In this document: piece by piece, positions 25,000 to 37,320 of the stretch
Position numbering within the stretch: the first letter of the stretch is position 1
Layout: each line of letters opens with the position of its first letter
Assembly (NCBI GenBank): GCA_030704615.1
Contig: CM060732.1
Span: forward strand, 3,844,001 to 3,908,000
DNA: 64,000 nt
Reading direction: 5' to 3'
DNA from: Takakia lepidozioides
Lineage: Eukaryota > Plantae > Bryophyta
Notes under the pieces: generated by a model
The model's input: only the letters and a program-made list of their open reading frames with translations
Databases searched by the model: none
What the model was told of the DNA's origin: nothing
Position numbers and translations under genes: made by a program

Positions 25000-27309
25000 A
25001 CGGCTGAAGGGGAGAAGCCGGCACCGTGCCGTCACATTACTACCCCCAAATGGAAATTCGGCACCCAATATCCAACAGGGGAAGCCCGGATGAAGTTGCC
25101 TCGGGCGCAGAGGCCGGCGCGTGTGCGACAGATAACATCCCCTGGATGGAGATTCGGCGCCGAATTTCCATCCGGGCCCCCCCAAAGGAAGTCGTGTCAG
25201 GGGGGTCAAGCCGAAAACTGGCCGGCATAAAAACATCCCCAGATGGAAAAACGGCGCCGAATTTCCATCCGGGGCGGTTCGGATGCACTCAAGGAGGGGG
25301 GAGAGGCCGCACTTGGCCGTCACATTTCAACCCCCGGACGGAAATTCGGCACCGAATATCGAACAGGGGACGCCCGGATGAAGTCGCCTCGGGCGTAGAG
25401 GTTGGCACGTGTTCGACAGAGAGTATCCCCTGGATGGAGATTCGGCACCGAATTTCCATCCGGGCCCCCCAAAGGAAGTCGTGTTGGGGGGTCAGACCGA
25501 AAACTGGCCGACATAAAAACCTCTCCAGATGGGAAAACGGCGCCAAATTTCAATCCGGGGCCGTTCCAATGCAGTCGGGGAGGGGGGAGAGGTCGGCACC
25601 TGGCCGTCATATTTCAACCCCCGGACGGAAGTTCGGCACCGAATATCCAACAGAGCGGCGGAGAGGCCGACACCTCTCCGACAGATACCATCCCCCGGAT
25701 GGAAATTCGGCGCCGAATTTCCATCCAGCAGGTAAGTGCAATCACGGATGGATGGAAATCCGGCACCAAATTTCCATCCAGCAGGTAAGTGGAATCCCGG
25801 ATGGATGGAAATCCGGCGCCGCATTTCCATCCTGCAGGTAATTCGAATCCCCGATGGATGGAAATCCGGCGCCGGATTTCCATCCTGCAGGTAAGTGGAA
25901 TCCCGGATGGATGGAAATCCGGCGCCGAATTTCCATCCAGCAGGTAAGTCGGATCGCTGGCGTATGGATATTCGGCGCCGAATTTCCATTCACCAGGTAT
26001 TTCATCGCTCAGAATTACCTTCCTGCAGGTAATTCTGATCGATGAAGGTAGGAAGGTAATCCATCGATCAGAATTACCTGCAGGACGGTAATTCATCGAT
26101 CAGAATTACCTGCAGGAAGGTAATTCATCGATCAGAATTACCTGCAGGAAGGTAATTCTGAGCGATGAAATACCCGGTGAATGGTAATTCGGCGCCGAAT
26201 ATCCATACGCAAGCGATCCGACTTACCTGCTGGATGGAAATTCGGCGCCTGATTTCCATCCATCGGGGTTTCGAATTACCTGCAGGATGGAAATTCGACG
26301 CCGGATTTCCATCCATTGGGGTTTCGAATTACCTGCAGGATGGAAATTCGGCGCCGAATTTCAATCCATCCGGGATTCGAATTACCTGCAGGATGGAAAT
26401 GCGGCGCCGGATTTCCATCCATCCGGGATTCCACTTACCTGCTGGATGGAAATTTGGCGCCGGATTTCCATCCATCCGCTTCGGAATAACCTGCGTGAGG
26501 GAAATTTCGCGCGCCGCCCTACCTGCGCGGATGGAAATTCGGCGCCGGATTTCCATCCATCCGCTTCCGAATTACCTGCGTGAGGGAAATTTGGCGCGCC
26601 GCCCTACCGAATTTGCAGCGCCGACTTACCTGGAGGATGGAAATCCGGCGCCGGATTTCCATCCATCCGCGCTCCAAATTACCTGCATGATGGAAATTTT
26701 GCGCGCCGACCTACCTGGCGGATGGAAATCCGGCGCCGGATTTCCATCCATCCGCTCTTCGAATTACCTGCATGACGGAAATTTTGCGCGCCGACTTATC
26801 TGGCGGATGGAAATCCGGCGCCGGATTTCCATCCATCTGCTCTTCGAATTACCTGCATGACTGGAAAAATGGCGCCGAATTTCCGATTTTGGTGCCAGTC
26901 AGATCTAGGACTAAGCCATTTTCGGCCCCGAACTGGAAAAATGGCGCCGAAAAATAAAATAAAAAAAATGCCATTTTTCTTGTTCAGGGCCCAAAACGGC
27001 TAAGTCCCAGATCTGACTGGCACCAAAAATCGGAAATTCGGCGCCATTTTTCCAGTCATGGAGGTAATTCGAAGAGCGGATGGATGGAAATCCGGCGCCG
27101 GATTTTCATCCATCCGCGCTCCGAATTACCTGCATGATGGAAATTTTGCGCGCCGACCTACCTGGCGGATGGAAATCCGGCGCCGGATTTCCATCCATCC
27201 TCTTCGAATTACCTGCATGACTGGAAAAATGGCGCCGAATTTCCGATTTTGGTGCCAGTCAAATCTGGGACTTAGCCATTTCCGGCCCCGAACTGGAAAA
27301 ATGGAGCCG

Positions 27310-27341
<32 letters not shown>

Positions 27342-28030
27342 GCCATTTTTCCAGTTCGGGGCCGAAAACGGCTAAGTCCCAGATCTGACTGGCACCAAAA
27401 TCGGAAATTCCGCGCCATTTTTCCAGTCATGGAGGTAATTCGAAGAGCGGATGGATGGAAATCCGACGCCGGATTTCCATCCATCCGCGCTCCGAATTAC
27501 CTGCATGATGGAAATTTTGCGCGCCGACCTACTTGGCGGATGGAAATCCGGCGCCAGATTTCCATCCATCCGCTCTTCGAATTACCTGCATGACTGGGAA
27601 AATGGCGCCGAATTTCCGATTTTGGTGCCAGTCAGATCTGGGACTTTGCCATTTTCGGCCCCGAACTGGAAAAATGGCGCCGATAAAAAACAATAAAAAA
27701 CAATAAAAAAAAACGCCAGTTCGGGTCCGAAAACGGCTAAGTCCCAGATTTGACTGGCACCAAAATCGGAAATTCGGCGCCATTTTTCCAGTCATGGAGG
27801 TAATTCGAAGAGCGGATGGATGGAAATCCGGCGCCGGATTTCCATCCATCCGCGCTCCGAATTACCTGTATGATGGAAATTTTGCGCGCCGACCTACTCT
27901 GGTGTTGGATTTCCATCCATCCTCTTCGAATTACCTGCATGACTGGAAAAATGGCGCTGAATTTCCGATTTTGGTGCCAGTCAATCTGGGACTTAGCCAT
28001 TTCCGGCCCCGAACTGGAAAAATGGAGCCG

Positions 28031-28062
<32 letters not shown>

Positions 28063-29045
28063 GCCATTTTTTCCAGTTCGGGCCGAAAACGGCTAAGTCC
28101 CAGATCTGACTGGCACCAAAATCGGAAATTCCGCGCCATTTTTCCAGTCATGGAGGTAATTCGAAGAGCGGATGGATGGAAATCCGACGCCGGATTTCCA
28201 TCCATCCGCGCTCCGAATTACCTGCATGATGGAAATTTTGCGCGCCGACCTACTTGGCGGATGGAAATCCGGCGCCAGATTTCCATCCATCCGCTCTTCG
28301 AATTACCTGCATGACTGGGAAAATGGCGCCGAATTTCCGATTTTGGTGCCAGTCAGATCTGGGACTTTGCCATTTTCGGCCCCGAACTGGAAAATGGCGC
28401 CGATAAAAAACAATAAAAAACAATAAAAAAAAACGCCAGTTCGGGTCCGAAAACGGCTAAGTCCCAGATTTGACTGGCACCAAAATCGGAAATTCGGCGC
28501 CATTTTTCCAGTCATGGAGGTAATTCGAAGAGCGGATGGATGGAAATCCGGCGCCGGATTTCCATCCATCCGCGCTCCGAATTACCTGTATGATGGAAAT
28601 TTTGCGCGCCGACCTACTCTGGTGTTGGATTTCCATCCATCCGCTCTTCGAATTACCTGCATGACTGGAAAAATGGCGCTGAATTTCCGATTTTGGTGCC
28701 AGTCAGATCTGGGACTTGGCCATTTTCGGCCCCGAACTGGAAAAATGGCGCCGGAAAAAAAAATCAAAAAAAAAAACGCCATTTTTCCAGTTCGAGGCCG
28801 AAAACGGCTAAGTCCCAGATCTGACTAGCACCCAAAATCGGAAATTCGGCGCCATTTTTCCAGTTCTGGGCCCAGTCAGATCTGGGACTTAGCCATTTTC
28901 GGCCCCGAAAATGGCTAAGTCCCGAGGGTGGCTGGCACCAAAATCGGAAATTCGGCGCCATTTTTCCAGTCATGCAGGTAATTCGAAGAGCGGATGGATG
29001 GAAATCCGGCGCCGGATTTCCATCCGCCAGGTAGGTCGGCGCGCA
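25000..29045. repeat. Central palindrome-array region of M2 (tandem and inverted units, poly-A tracts, fold-back centred ~26085, 721-bp tandem duplication)
   Basis: Dozens of GGAAAT(T/C)CGGCGCCG(A/G)ATTTCC palindromes, extending to GGATGGATGGAAATCCGGCGCCGGATTTCCATCCATCC. Confidence 0.92.
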
Positions 29046-29380
29046 AAATTTGGGGGAGAAGATGCAGAAGATTCCCAGGAGGTGAGGTGGACAGTCCCCC
29101 AAGAGGACGGGATTTTTGAGAGGCATAGTGGAACTGATGCATCACAAAGCTCGGAGGATGAGGGGGATGAGGGGGATGAGGAAGAAGGTGGGGCAAGTTC
29201 CTCGGAGGGTGTAGGAGAGTAGTGCCCATTCCGGCTATGACAGTTAGAACACACTTGTATAGACGTGGCTTGCCACAAAATTTGCAATAAAATGTTGCAT
29301 TTCAAGTCCACTGGTGCCACATTCCAACTTCACATGACCCTATTTCCGGGGTCGGTTTTTCCAACTTCACATGACCCCCG

Positions 29381-31922
29381 CGTTCGATACCACCTGAAAC
29401 CGGGGTCGGTTTTTTTGGAGGAGGAAAGGAAGGACTCAAACGGCGTTGTTGTTGAGAGTATTGTTGTGCTCCACGATGATTTCGGCGATGGCAGGGAATG
29501 GCGAGTTCCACCATCGGACATCGTCATATACAGGGCTGTTGGGGACTTCATTTGCCCGCCAAATGCACCTTCTATCCTGGCGCCTTCCACGAAACAGCTG
29601 GCCGGGCTGGACTACAGGAAGTTCGCAATTAAATCGGTTACATGCCTTCCCGCAGACGTCGACGGTAATATCTTCTTTGAGTTCCCTCCTCAGATGGACT
29701 ACTCGAGGGCGTCTGGAATGTTGACAAATATGGATAGAAAACATGATGGTCATCCTTGGTGCGTCACCAAAACCACCAGCATGAAGATGCTTGATGGTGT
29801 GCGGGCGCACTACGTTGTTTGTGCGGGCACGTTGCGGTGTTTCTCCCCAACTTGCTTCCATTTTAAATCCAGAGGACACAGGAACGAGACCGATTGGACA
29901 GGCACAGCTCATCAACCATTTTGTGCTCAGAAGAAGGTTCCGAACTCCACATTTAAGTGTGCGCATTGCAAAGAACCACCACACTGCATGTCTGTTTATA
30001 ATGCCAAGCAGTTCTATGTGTTGCACCGTTTCCGTGACCTCACCCGAGCTTGCATACACGTTGGTTCCCATTGTCACAAATTGGCGAGGAGGAACTCGCG
30101 GGAGGCTGCCCACGAGGCAGAGCAGCTCGTTCAGGAGGAGGTTAAGTTGAGACCGGGTGCCAAACCCAAACAGATACAGCTCCAAGCCGCCCATAAGATG
30201 GCCTTGGCCAGAATTATGTCGGAAGACGGCTCCGATAGAGTTCCTCTCGATGAGAAGGAAATGGAGGCATTGCTGGAGTCGGTGTCCCACGTATGTTCAC
30301 CGAATGTCCGAAACCACATTGTCTCATGCAAACAGAAATTGGGCGTGGCTCGGATATGCACTCCATTCTGGAGGTGAAGCGACGATGTGGATATGACTAC
30401 ATTCATGGAAGTAGGTTTCCAGGACAAGGACTGAGGCAGATCGTTGTTTCGTATTCAAAATGTCCACGTGTGGACCTGGCAGCGGCGTCGAACTGGTCGA
30501 CAGGATGACGAGTGGGGACTTGTCAAACAGTTGGGTCATGTTCGACCATATCAAGCGAATTACAAATCACCAGTGGGTGACAATGGGTGCACATGTCTAC
30601 GACACCCACTGCAGGATGCTAATGACAATTGCTATTTGTGAGATGAAAGGAGAGGACACACAATCGGAGATGCTTCTTTGGCAGGGAATAAACGAGCAGA
30701 TGGCCAAAGCGGGATTGCCCCCTCCCAATTTCCGTGGTTTCATGGCGGACAACGCACAAGCAAATTGGGTTGCCATCCGAAGGGTGTACGGGCAAGACCC
30801 CAATGTTCCCATGGAAGGCAATGAGAGATCTTGTGGGTTCCATTTTCTGCAGAGCCTTTCGCAGTACACAACCAGGCTCGTGGCGCCAGATTTCAGAGAG
30901 GAGCACCGTTCCATGTGTCTTGCGTGGAAGCGCGCTCCCACCTTGGATGATGCAGAGACACAGTTTGCATGTATACGGGCTTGGTGGACATCGTCAGGTG
31001 CTGTAAGGAAATCAGACGAGGGAGCAATGGTCAGTTGGCTAGCATGGTGGCATTAACGTTTCCTCCAGTTCGGCGACTATATGCGGGAGGTGAGTTGCAC
31101 GAATTCGCGTCCCGTTGAATATTATTCTTGGCATTATTTGTAACTTGCTTGTAACCGCAACATGTGTTTGTGCAGGAAATGTGTCTCGACATGCCCACGA
31201 CAAACATGGCCGAATCAGTGCATTCATCCTGGCGTGCCTCCTCTGCAGCGCATCTGGTGGACATCCTCACTGCCACAACGGAGGACATTGTGAGGTCAAT
31301 TATACAGCAATGCAGGTACAACGAGTTCTTGAAAGGGAAACAGTGGGGCTTGGGGCCGGACAGGCAGGAAATGCTGATGCGGACTGCCTCCAGATCGAAG
31401 AATCCTCGGAAGTGGGCGGCGGTCTTGCGAGAGGGCCTTCGGGACACGCCATTGCTTCGAAGAGGCCAACATTTGGAAGGAGATGTTCATACCCGTCCAG
31501 TGAGACGAAGACTTGACGAGGCACCTGGCGGGGAAGAGGATTCATGGCGAGCTGACAAGAATATTCGCACGCTCCCTCGTGGTCCCGTGATGTTGCCCGA
31601 GGAGGTCTCGTCGAGCACCGCAAGTCCTGCACGTTCAAGATCGCCATCTCCTTTGAGCACAGGGCACGTGCCCGAGGAACATAACGAGCCATCTGTGGTA
31701 ACGCAGTACAACATACCCATTGTGGAGACAAGAGTGTCGGAGTCACAGTGGAGAATTGCAAGGACATTGCCGGCATTTCGAGGGAAGTGTTGCGCCATTC
31801 GGGTGGATACGAGAGCACGCTGTGGTGAGATGATTCGGAGGAACCCACACGGTGCTGTACCTGCACCTTGTTTCAGCGGTAGATTTTTGACTCCCACATT
31901 TGCTCACGCCACAACGCAGACG
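29381..31922 (+). pseudogene. MULE transposase of copy M3 (most complete catalytic region), one intron at 31090-31175
   Basis: DGHPW...CAGTLRCFSPTC...KCAHC...C...HVGSHCH (GCM-like), MFDHIKR, FMADNAQAN, CGFHF, GT-AG intron, TTNMAESVH. Frameshifts present. Confidence 0.87.
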
Positions 31923-34900
31923 TCCACATGATGATAGCCCTTCCATTTGACGAGATACTCCGTTTCTTGGTTCCTGAACCTCCTCGACTTAAGTATTGCC
32001 TCCACCTCGTACTCAGGTTCATTCATGATCCAACAACATAGGTGGTGGACGCAACACTTGATGCCGATTCGGACGCGCTTCATCTTTGAAGTAAGGCTTC
32101 AAAAGAGAGACAAGGAATACTGGGTGCACCTTGCTGTTTGCCGGCAGCTCCAATTCATACACATCCTCATTCATAACCTTCCAAATGCGAAAGGGTCCCG
32201 CATACGGAGGTACGAACTTCGGACTCACTTCCGGAGGTAGTCGGAAATTCTTGATGTTCAACCAGACCTCTGTGCCTGCCTCAAACTTCACTTCCCTCCG
32301 CTTCCGATTCGCCTGCCTTTCATACCGTTTCCTAGCTTTGGCAATATTGTACTTTGCGAGCTTCAACAAACGCTCGCGTTCTTCCAGTACCGCCGCTACT
32401 GCCGGTTCCTCAACGTCCTGGGCGGCCCAACTTGTCGGCACCAGAGGTGCTTTTCCATAGACCAATACGAAAGGGGAAACTCCCGTTGCGGAGTGTTCTA
32501 TGTTATTATAACAGAACTCTGCCGCGTCTAAGTGTTCTACCCAGTCTGTTTGGTTTGCCGACACGTAATTCCGCAAGATCTGCTTCACTACGGAATTCAC
32601 CCTTTCTGTTTGGCCGTCGGTCGTAGGTCGGAAGGCGGTGCTCATCTTCAGCCTCGTCCCCATCTTCTTCCAAAGTGCCCTCCAAAATTTACTCGTAAAC
32701 TTTGGATCGCGGTCCGAGACAATATCCTTCGGGACTCCATGATGTTTTAAGACGAGGACGAAGTAAAGTCGCCTTGTCTCCTGCGCCGTTGCCGTCTCCT
32801 TGGTGGGGATGAAATGGCCCATTTTACTGAACCTATCCACCACCACCATGATTGCATCGAATCCTTTTGACAACGGCATAGCAGTCATGAAATCCATCGA
32901 GACGCTTTCCCAAGTCCTCTCTGGAATTGGCAAGGGTTGTAATAGCCCCGCTTGCTTTTTGTACTCACTCCGGTTTTGTTGGCATGTGGTGCATGTCTTG
33001 ACATACTCCTCTGCCTCCTCCCTCAGTTTGGGCCAGAAATACTCTTTCTTCAAGAGTGACGCAGTGCGCTTGGCTCCGCCGTGGCCCGCAAGCGGGCTAT
33101 CATGGCATTCTCTCAAGAGGCTATCTCTGATCCCTCCCTTTGGCACGTAGAGACGTTTTTGCTTATACCGGAGCAGTCCATTTTGCAAGTGGAACTGCGA
33201 TTTAACCCCCATCCTCAAGTCCTGCATCACGGACTTTGCCAGCTCATCCTTCCGGCAAGCCTTCCGGATCTTCCTTTGGAGTGCCGTCTCGCCCCTATAC
33301 ACCAACAGGAGCTGCTGCTTTCTACTTAAAGCATTGGCCACCACATTGTCCCGTCCCGGTTTGTACTGGATATCCACGTCAAACACCGCCAAAGTATCTT
33401 GCCACCTAAGTTGTTTTGGGGACAACTTGGGCTGCAAAATACTTCACTGTGACATTGTCCGTGAACACCTTCACTGGGTTGGAACCAACATAGTGGCGCC
33501 AAAGCTCAAGGCAATGCACCACCACCTTCATCTCTTTCTCATGCGTCGGCCACCGTCGCTCCACTTCATTCAGTTTCTTACTTTCGTAAGCCACTGGACG
33601 TCCATCTTGCATGAGTACACCCCCAATCGCAAAGTCCGACGCATCTGTATGTATCTCGAACGGACGATCGAACTCCGGGATTTTCAAGACTGGAGCTTCC
33701 GCCATCTGCTGCTTCAATAAAGCAAAAGCTTGGCCACAAAAGGTGTTCCATGCCCAGACTTTAGATTTACACAGAAGGTCTGACAGCGGCCCCGCAATCT
33801 TGGCGAAATTTCTCACATACTTCCGGTAATAGGAGGCGAGTCCTAGGAAGGATCGCACTCCCGGGACTGAAGTCGGAGGCTCCCAGTCCAAGATCGCCCT
33901 CACCTTTCTGTCATCCATTTTGATCCCATCCTGTATAATCACATGCCCCAGGAACTCCACTTTTGTGACCCCGAATTCGCACTTTGAAGCTTTGGCATAC
34001 AACATCCCTTCTCGCAATTTTTGGAACACCCTTTTCAGGTGCTCCAGGTGCTCCTCCTTTGTTTTCGAGTACACCAAGATGTCGTTGATGTACACGATCA
34101 CAAAGTCATCCAACCACTCCTGGAAAAGGTTGTTCATTAGCGTGCTAAATGTTGCCGGTGCATTGGTGAGCCCAAAAGGCATCACCAAGAACTCATATGA
34201 ACCATACCTTGTCCTGCACGCGGTCTTCTCCTCATCTCCTTCCGCCACCCGAATTTGGTGATAGCCGGAGCGCAAGTCGATCTGGCTGAAATACTTTGCT
34301 CCTGCCAACCGATCGAAGAGGTCGTCGATCTTCGCTTCCCACTAAACCCTCCACCTATTTGGGACTAGGAGAATTCCCTTTGGTAGATGGCAGTCTGGAA
34401 CAGCTCCCCACTCTTTGGTCGCTTTCCGGCTCACTCGCTTACTCACTAGTTTTTGGTCACCAACGGGGTTGCACCGCTCTCGGGGTCACTACTCCCCTTA
34501 TATATACTTCTGTAGCTGTCCGCGGGGGTTTCACAACCAGCCATGCCATTTTATGGCGAACCACCACGAAAACCCTTGACTCCCGGTGATGAGTCGCGGT
34601 GAGTCTTGGCCCACTCACAATGGCCCCTATGGACCGTGATGAGTCCCAAGACTCCCCACGACTCCCACCACGAGGTCTCCGCCCCCATGGTGAGTCCTAT
34701 GCCACCCCCACTAAGTCCCGCTAAGCTACCACCACCCCTTGTGGAGCCACCCCCACCGCAACCCGGTGTGCGGGGCTCCACCTAGTGATCGCCTCCGCTT
34801 CCCTGAGTGCCTTGGGCACTCAAGGGTGCTTCAGCCCCCCATACCTATCACTGCCGCTGCCCCCACCACAGGGGCAGCCCCTCATGTGTCTCGACCCCCC

Positions 34901-34926
34901 TGCCCTCAAGGCAAAGGGCCGCGACA
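31923..34926 (-). mobile_element. pol: Chromovirus copy 2: partial LTR joined by deletion to RT-RNaseH-integrase-partial chromodomain
   Basis: ORFs 33406-34308 (RT/RNaseH) and 32019-33437 (integrase, SVSMDF, GQTERVN). LTR part 34331-34926. Confidence 0.92.
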
Positions 34927-36401
34927 TGCATGGTGTGGTTGGCTAGTGTGTAGAATGCATGCTAGCTTACAAAAGTGGGAGAGGTAAATTGGGTTAATCG
35001 TGTGTTTGCGCAGTGCCGAAATCGGTTGACTCCCATCCAAGGGGCAAGGAAACATGCGCCTTCTTTGGGAGTTCACGTGCTAGTGCGCACCTGGCGCGTG
35101 CGCGTACTATAACTGCGCTACCGAGGTGGTTGCCTTGTAGTGTGGGCTAACACGGAAGCTACGTGCTTCCGTTCACGTACTATAATCGTGTAGCCTCGGA
35201 ACGAAGTCGTAGTGCGGCTTCGACGTGTTCCCGTACCTCAGGCCAGCATTCCAAGGCGGACCCAATTGTGGTGATTGGGGCGCACGGTTGGTTCAAGGTT
35301 ATCTTCCTAGTCAAAGAGGGTTCAAGGTGAACCCTTGCTCAAGATGATGCCCAAAGCGGCATCACGAGTGGTCGCAAGCAATGTTGTTGCAGTAAGGCGA
35401 TTCGATCCTCGGGGAGGATCGCTCCTTGGCCTTGAAGTAGGCCAAGAAGAGTGCATTGGGAGGAGCTGGAGAGGCTCCACCCTTGGCCGGGACTTGGAGG
35501 AAGTCGGCCGAACTAGCTAGTGGAGAGTAGAGTCAAGTGTGGGGTTTGGTTCTTTGCCATGGGACGCCATGGTGCGGAAACAAACTCCTTGATGTGGGAC
35601 GCCACAACCTGGATGTTCATTTCTACAAAATGGACAAGTCGATGAGGACATCGACTCCCTGTGGTAGGGGTGTGTGTCGCGGCCCTTTGCCTTGAGGGCA
35701 GGGGGTCGGGACACATGAGGGGCTGCCCCTGTGGTGGGGGCAGCGGCAGCGGTAGGTATGGGGGGCTGAAGCACCCTTGAGTGCCCAAGGCACTCAGGGA
35801 AGCGGAGGCGCTCACTAGGTGGAGCCCCGCACACCGGGTTGCGGTGGGGGTGGCTCCACAAGGGGTGGTGTTAGCTTAGTGGGACTTAGTGGGGGTGGCA
35901 TAGGACTCACCATGGGGTGGAGACCTCGTGGTGGGAGTCGTGGGGAGTCTTGGGACTCATCACGGCCCAATGGGGCCGTGGTGAGTGGGCCAAGACTCAC
36001 CGCGACTCACCACCGGGAGTCGAGGGTCATCGTGGTGGTTCACCATAAAATGGCATGGCTGGTTGTGAAACCCCCACGGACAGCTACAGAAGTATATATA
36101 AGGGGAGTAGTAACCCCGAGAACGGTGCAAGCCCGTTGGTGACCAAAAACTAGTGAGCGAGCGAGCGAGCCGGAAAGCGACCAAAGAGTGGGGAGCTGTT
36201 CCGGACTGCCATCTACCAAAGGGAATTCCACTAGGCCCAAATAGGTGGAGGGTCTTTCGGGAGAGCGAAGGGGGACCGTTATGTCCCGGTGAGCAGCCGA
36301 AGCTCCGAGTTGGCCCGGCGGCCAGGTTGGGAGTCAGGCGCGCGCATCAAAGCGAGTATCTATGACTTGAAGGGGAGCTTACCGAAGTGAGGTGCGCGAC
36401 A
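34927..36401 (+). mobile_element. Chromovirus copy 3: 3' region, PPT and 3' LTR (35675-36401)
   Basis: Reverse complement of ~38930-40405. Confidence 0.9.
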
Positions 36402-37245
36402 CGGCATGCTCGACCCATCTGAGGTTCAATTGAAGCTGGATGCTGAGGCCCGACGAAACCGGGCTCCGCTGCCTCCGCTGGGTGCAAAAGAGGCAAAAGC
36501 GCTTGCGAACTCCAGGAAAGCGGCAGAGCTTGCTCAGGCAGGAATTTAGGAGAAATTGAATGAGAAGAGTAAAGGCCAAAGGAAAAAGACAAGGAAACAG
36601 GTGAGTGAAGTAACACCCAAAAAATAGAAAACCATCGGGGCATCGGAGCAGGCGCAGGAGGGGACCCAAGAGAGTGACTCGAACGACGACTTTGTTCAAG
36701 GTCCTGCGACTGTTGTTGCTGCTACCCAGTCACCGGTCGTCCGGGTTCCCAAGTCAGTTCGGAGTGGGACTGGCTCTCCCAAGAAGTTGGCATTTGAGGG
36801 CGAGCCTACACGGCGGTATTCGGCGGTGACGTTTACGCACATGCCAAAGCTAGAACCTCCAACCATCATCCAATGCGTCAATGAGAGCTTCCTTGACGCT
36901 CTCGCTGCCAGGGCAAAGAAGCTGGCACACAGCAAGTCTCTGGCGGAGCAGAAGGGGAAAGCCAAGAAGAGGGCTGCCGGTACAGAGCCTAAAGACACCC
37001 CTGGTTTTGAAGCCATGATGGAATTCTTCACGGCTGTGAGCACGGATTGCAAGAGCACTCGGGGGGGGGGGTTGAGGTGGAGAGAGCTTGCGACATGATT
37101 CTCCTCGACATTCCAGATGGGGAGCTGCTGGAGGGCCTGGATGGTGTGCCCACCTGGAACAGGTTTACTGAGGACTACTGGAAAGCCGGGTTTGGGCTGG
37201 CGGGGATGCTTCAGGATGACGGTGGATGTGTGGTTGTCCTTGCCA
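36402..37245 (+). pseudogene. Middle part of the M1 cargo gene up to the methyltransferase catalytic-motif region
   Basis: CDMILLDIPDGELLEGLDGVPTWNRFTEDYWKAGFGLAGMLQDDGGCVVVLA aligns with AELIILDIPDGLP...PGWNAFDERYWWWVFSFCNFFLSDAGVLVLI at 53.6-53.8 kb and continues across the TSD into 21358 (minus). Confidence 0.75.
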
Positions 37246-37320
37246 GGGGGCTGCTATTTCATGAGCGGCATGAGCATGAACGGGAAAAAAAAAAGCATGA
37301 GCAGACCATTGTGAGTCCAC
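37246..37320 (+). mobile_element. Displaced methyltransferase-side terminus of M2
   Basis: GGGGGCTGCTATTTCATGAGCGGCATGAGCATGAACGGG(A)nGCATGAGCAG. Confidence 0.8.

Larger units (their letters stand above)
21359..29380 (-). mobile_element. MULE copy M2 (subfamily 1), inserted in the M1 methyltransferase gene; its far terminus is displaced to 37246-37320 by an inversion
   Basis: Terminus GAGGTTTGCTATTTCATGAGC, transposase, central arrays, last cargo exon (29050-29222, homologous to 20004-20190). Flank TGGCAAGG (21351-21358) is the reverse complement of CCTTGCCA (37238-37245). Confidence 0.82.

Noticed and set aside
26047-26160. Viral or plasmid replication origin / hairpin telomere junction
   Set aside because: No Rep, polymerase, protelomerase or capsid gene, and the sister copy lacks the fold-back. 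Kept only as a structural finding.
25000-29045. Regularly spaced palindromic repeats resembling a CRISPR array (also 49870-50710)
   Set aside because: Spacers are themselves repeated, orientation flips, no cas genes, eukaryotic transposon context.
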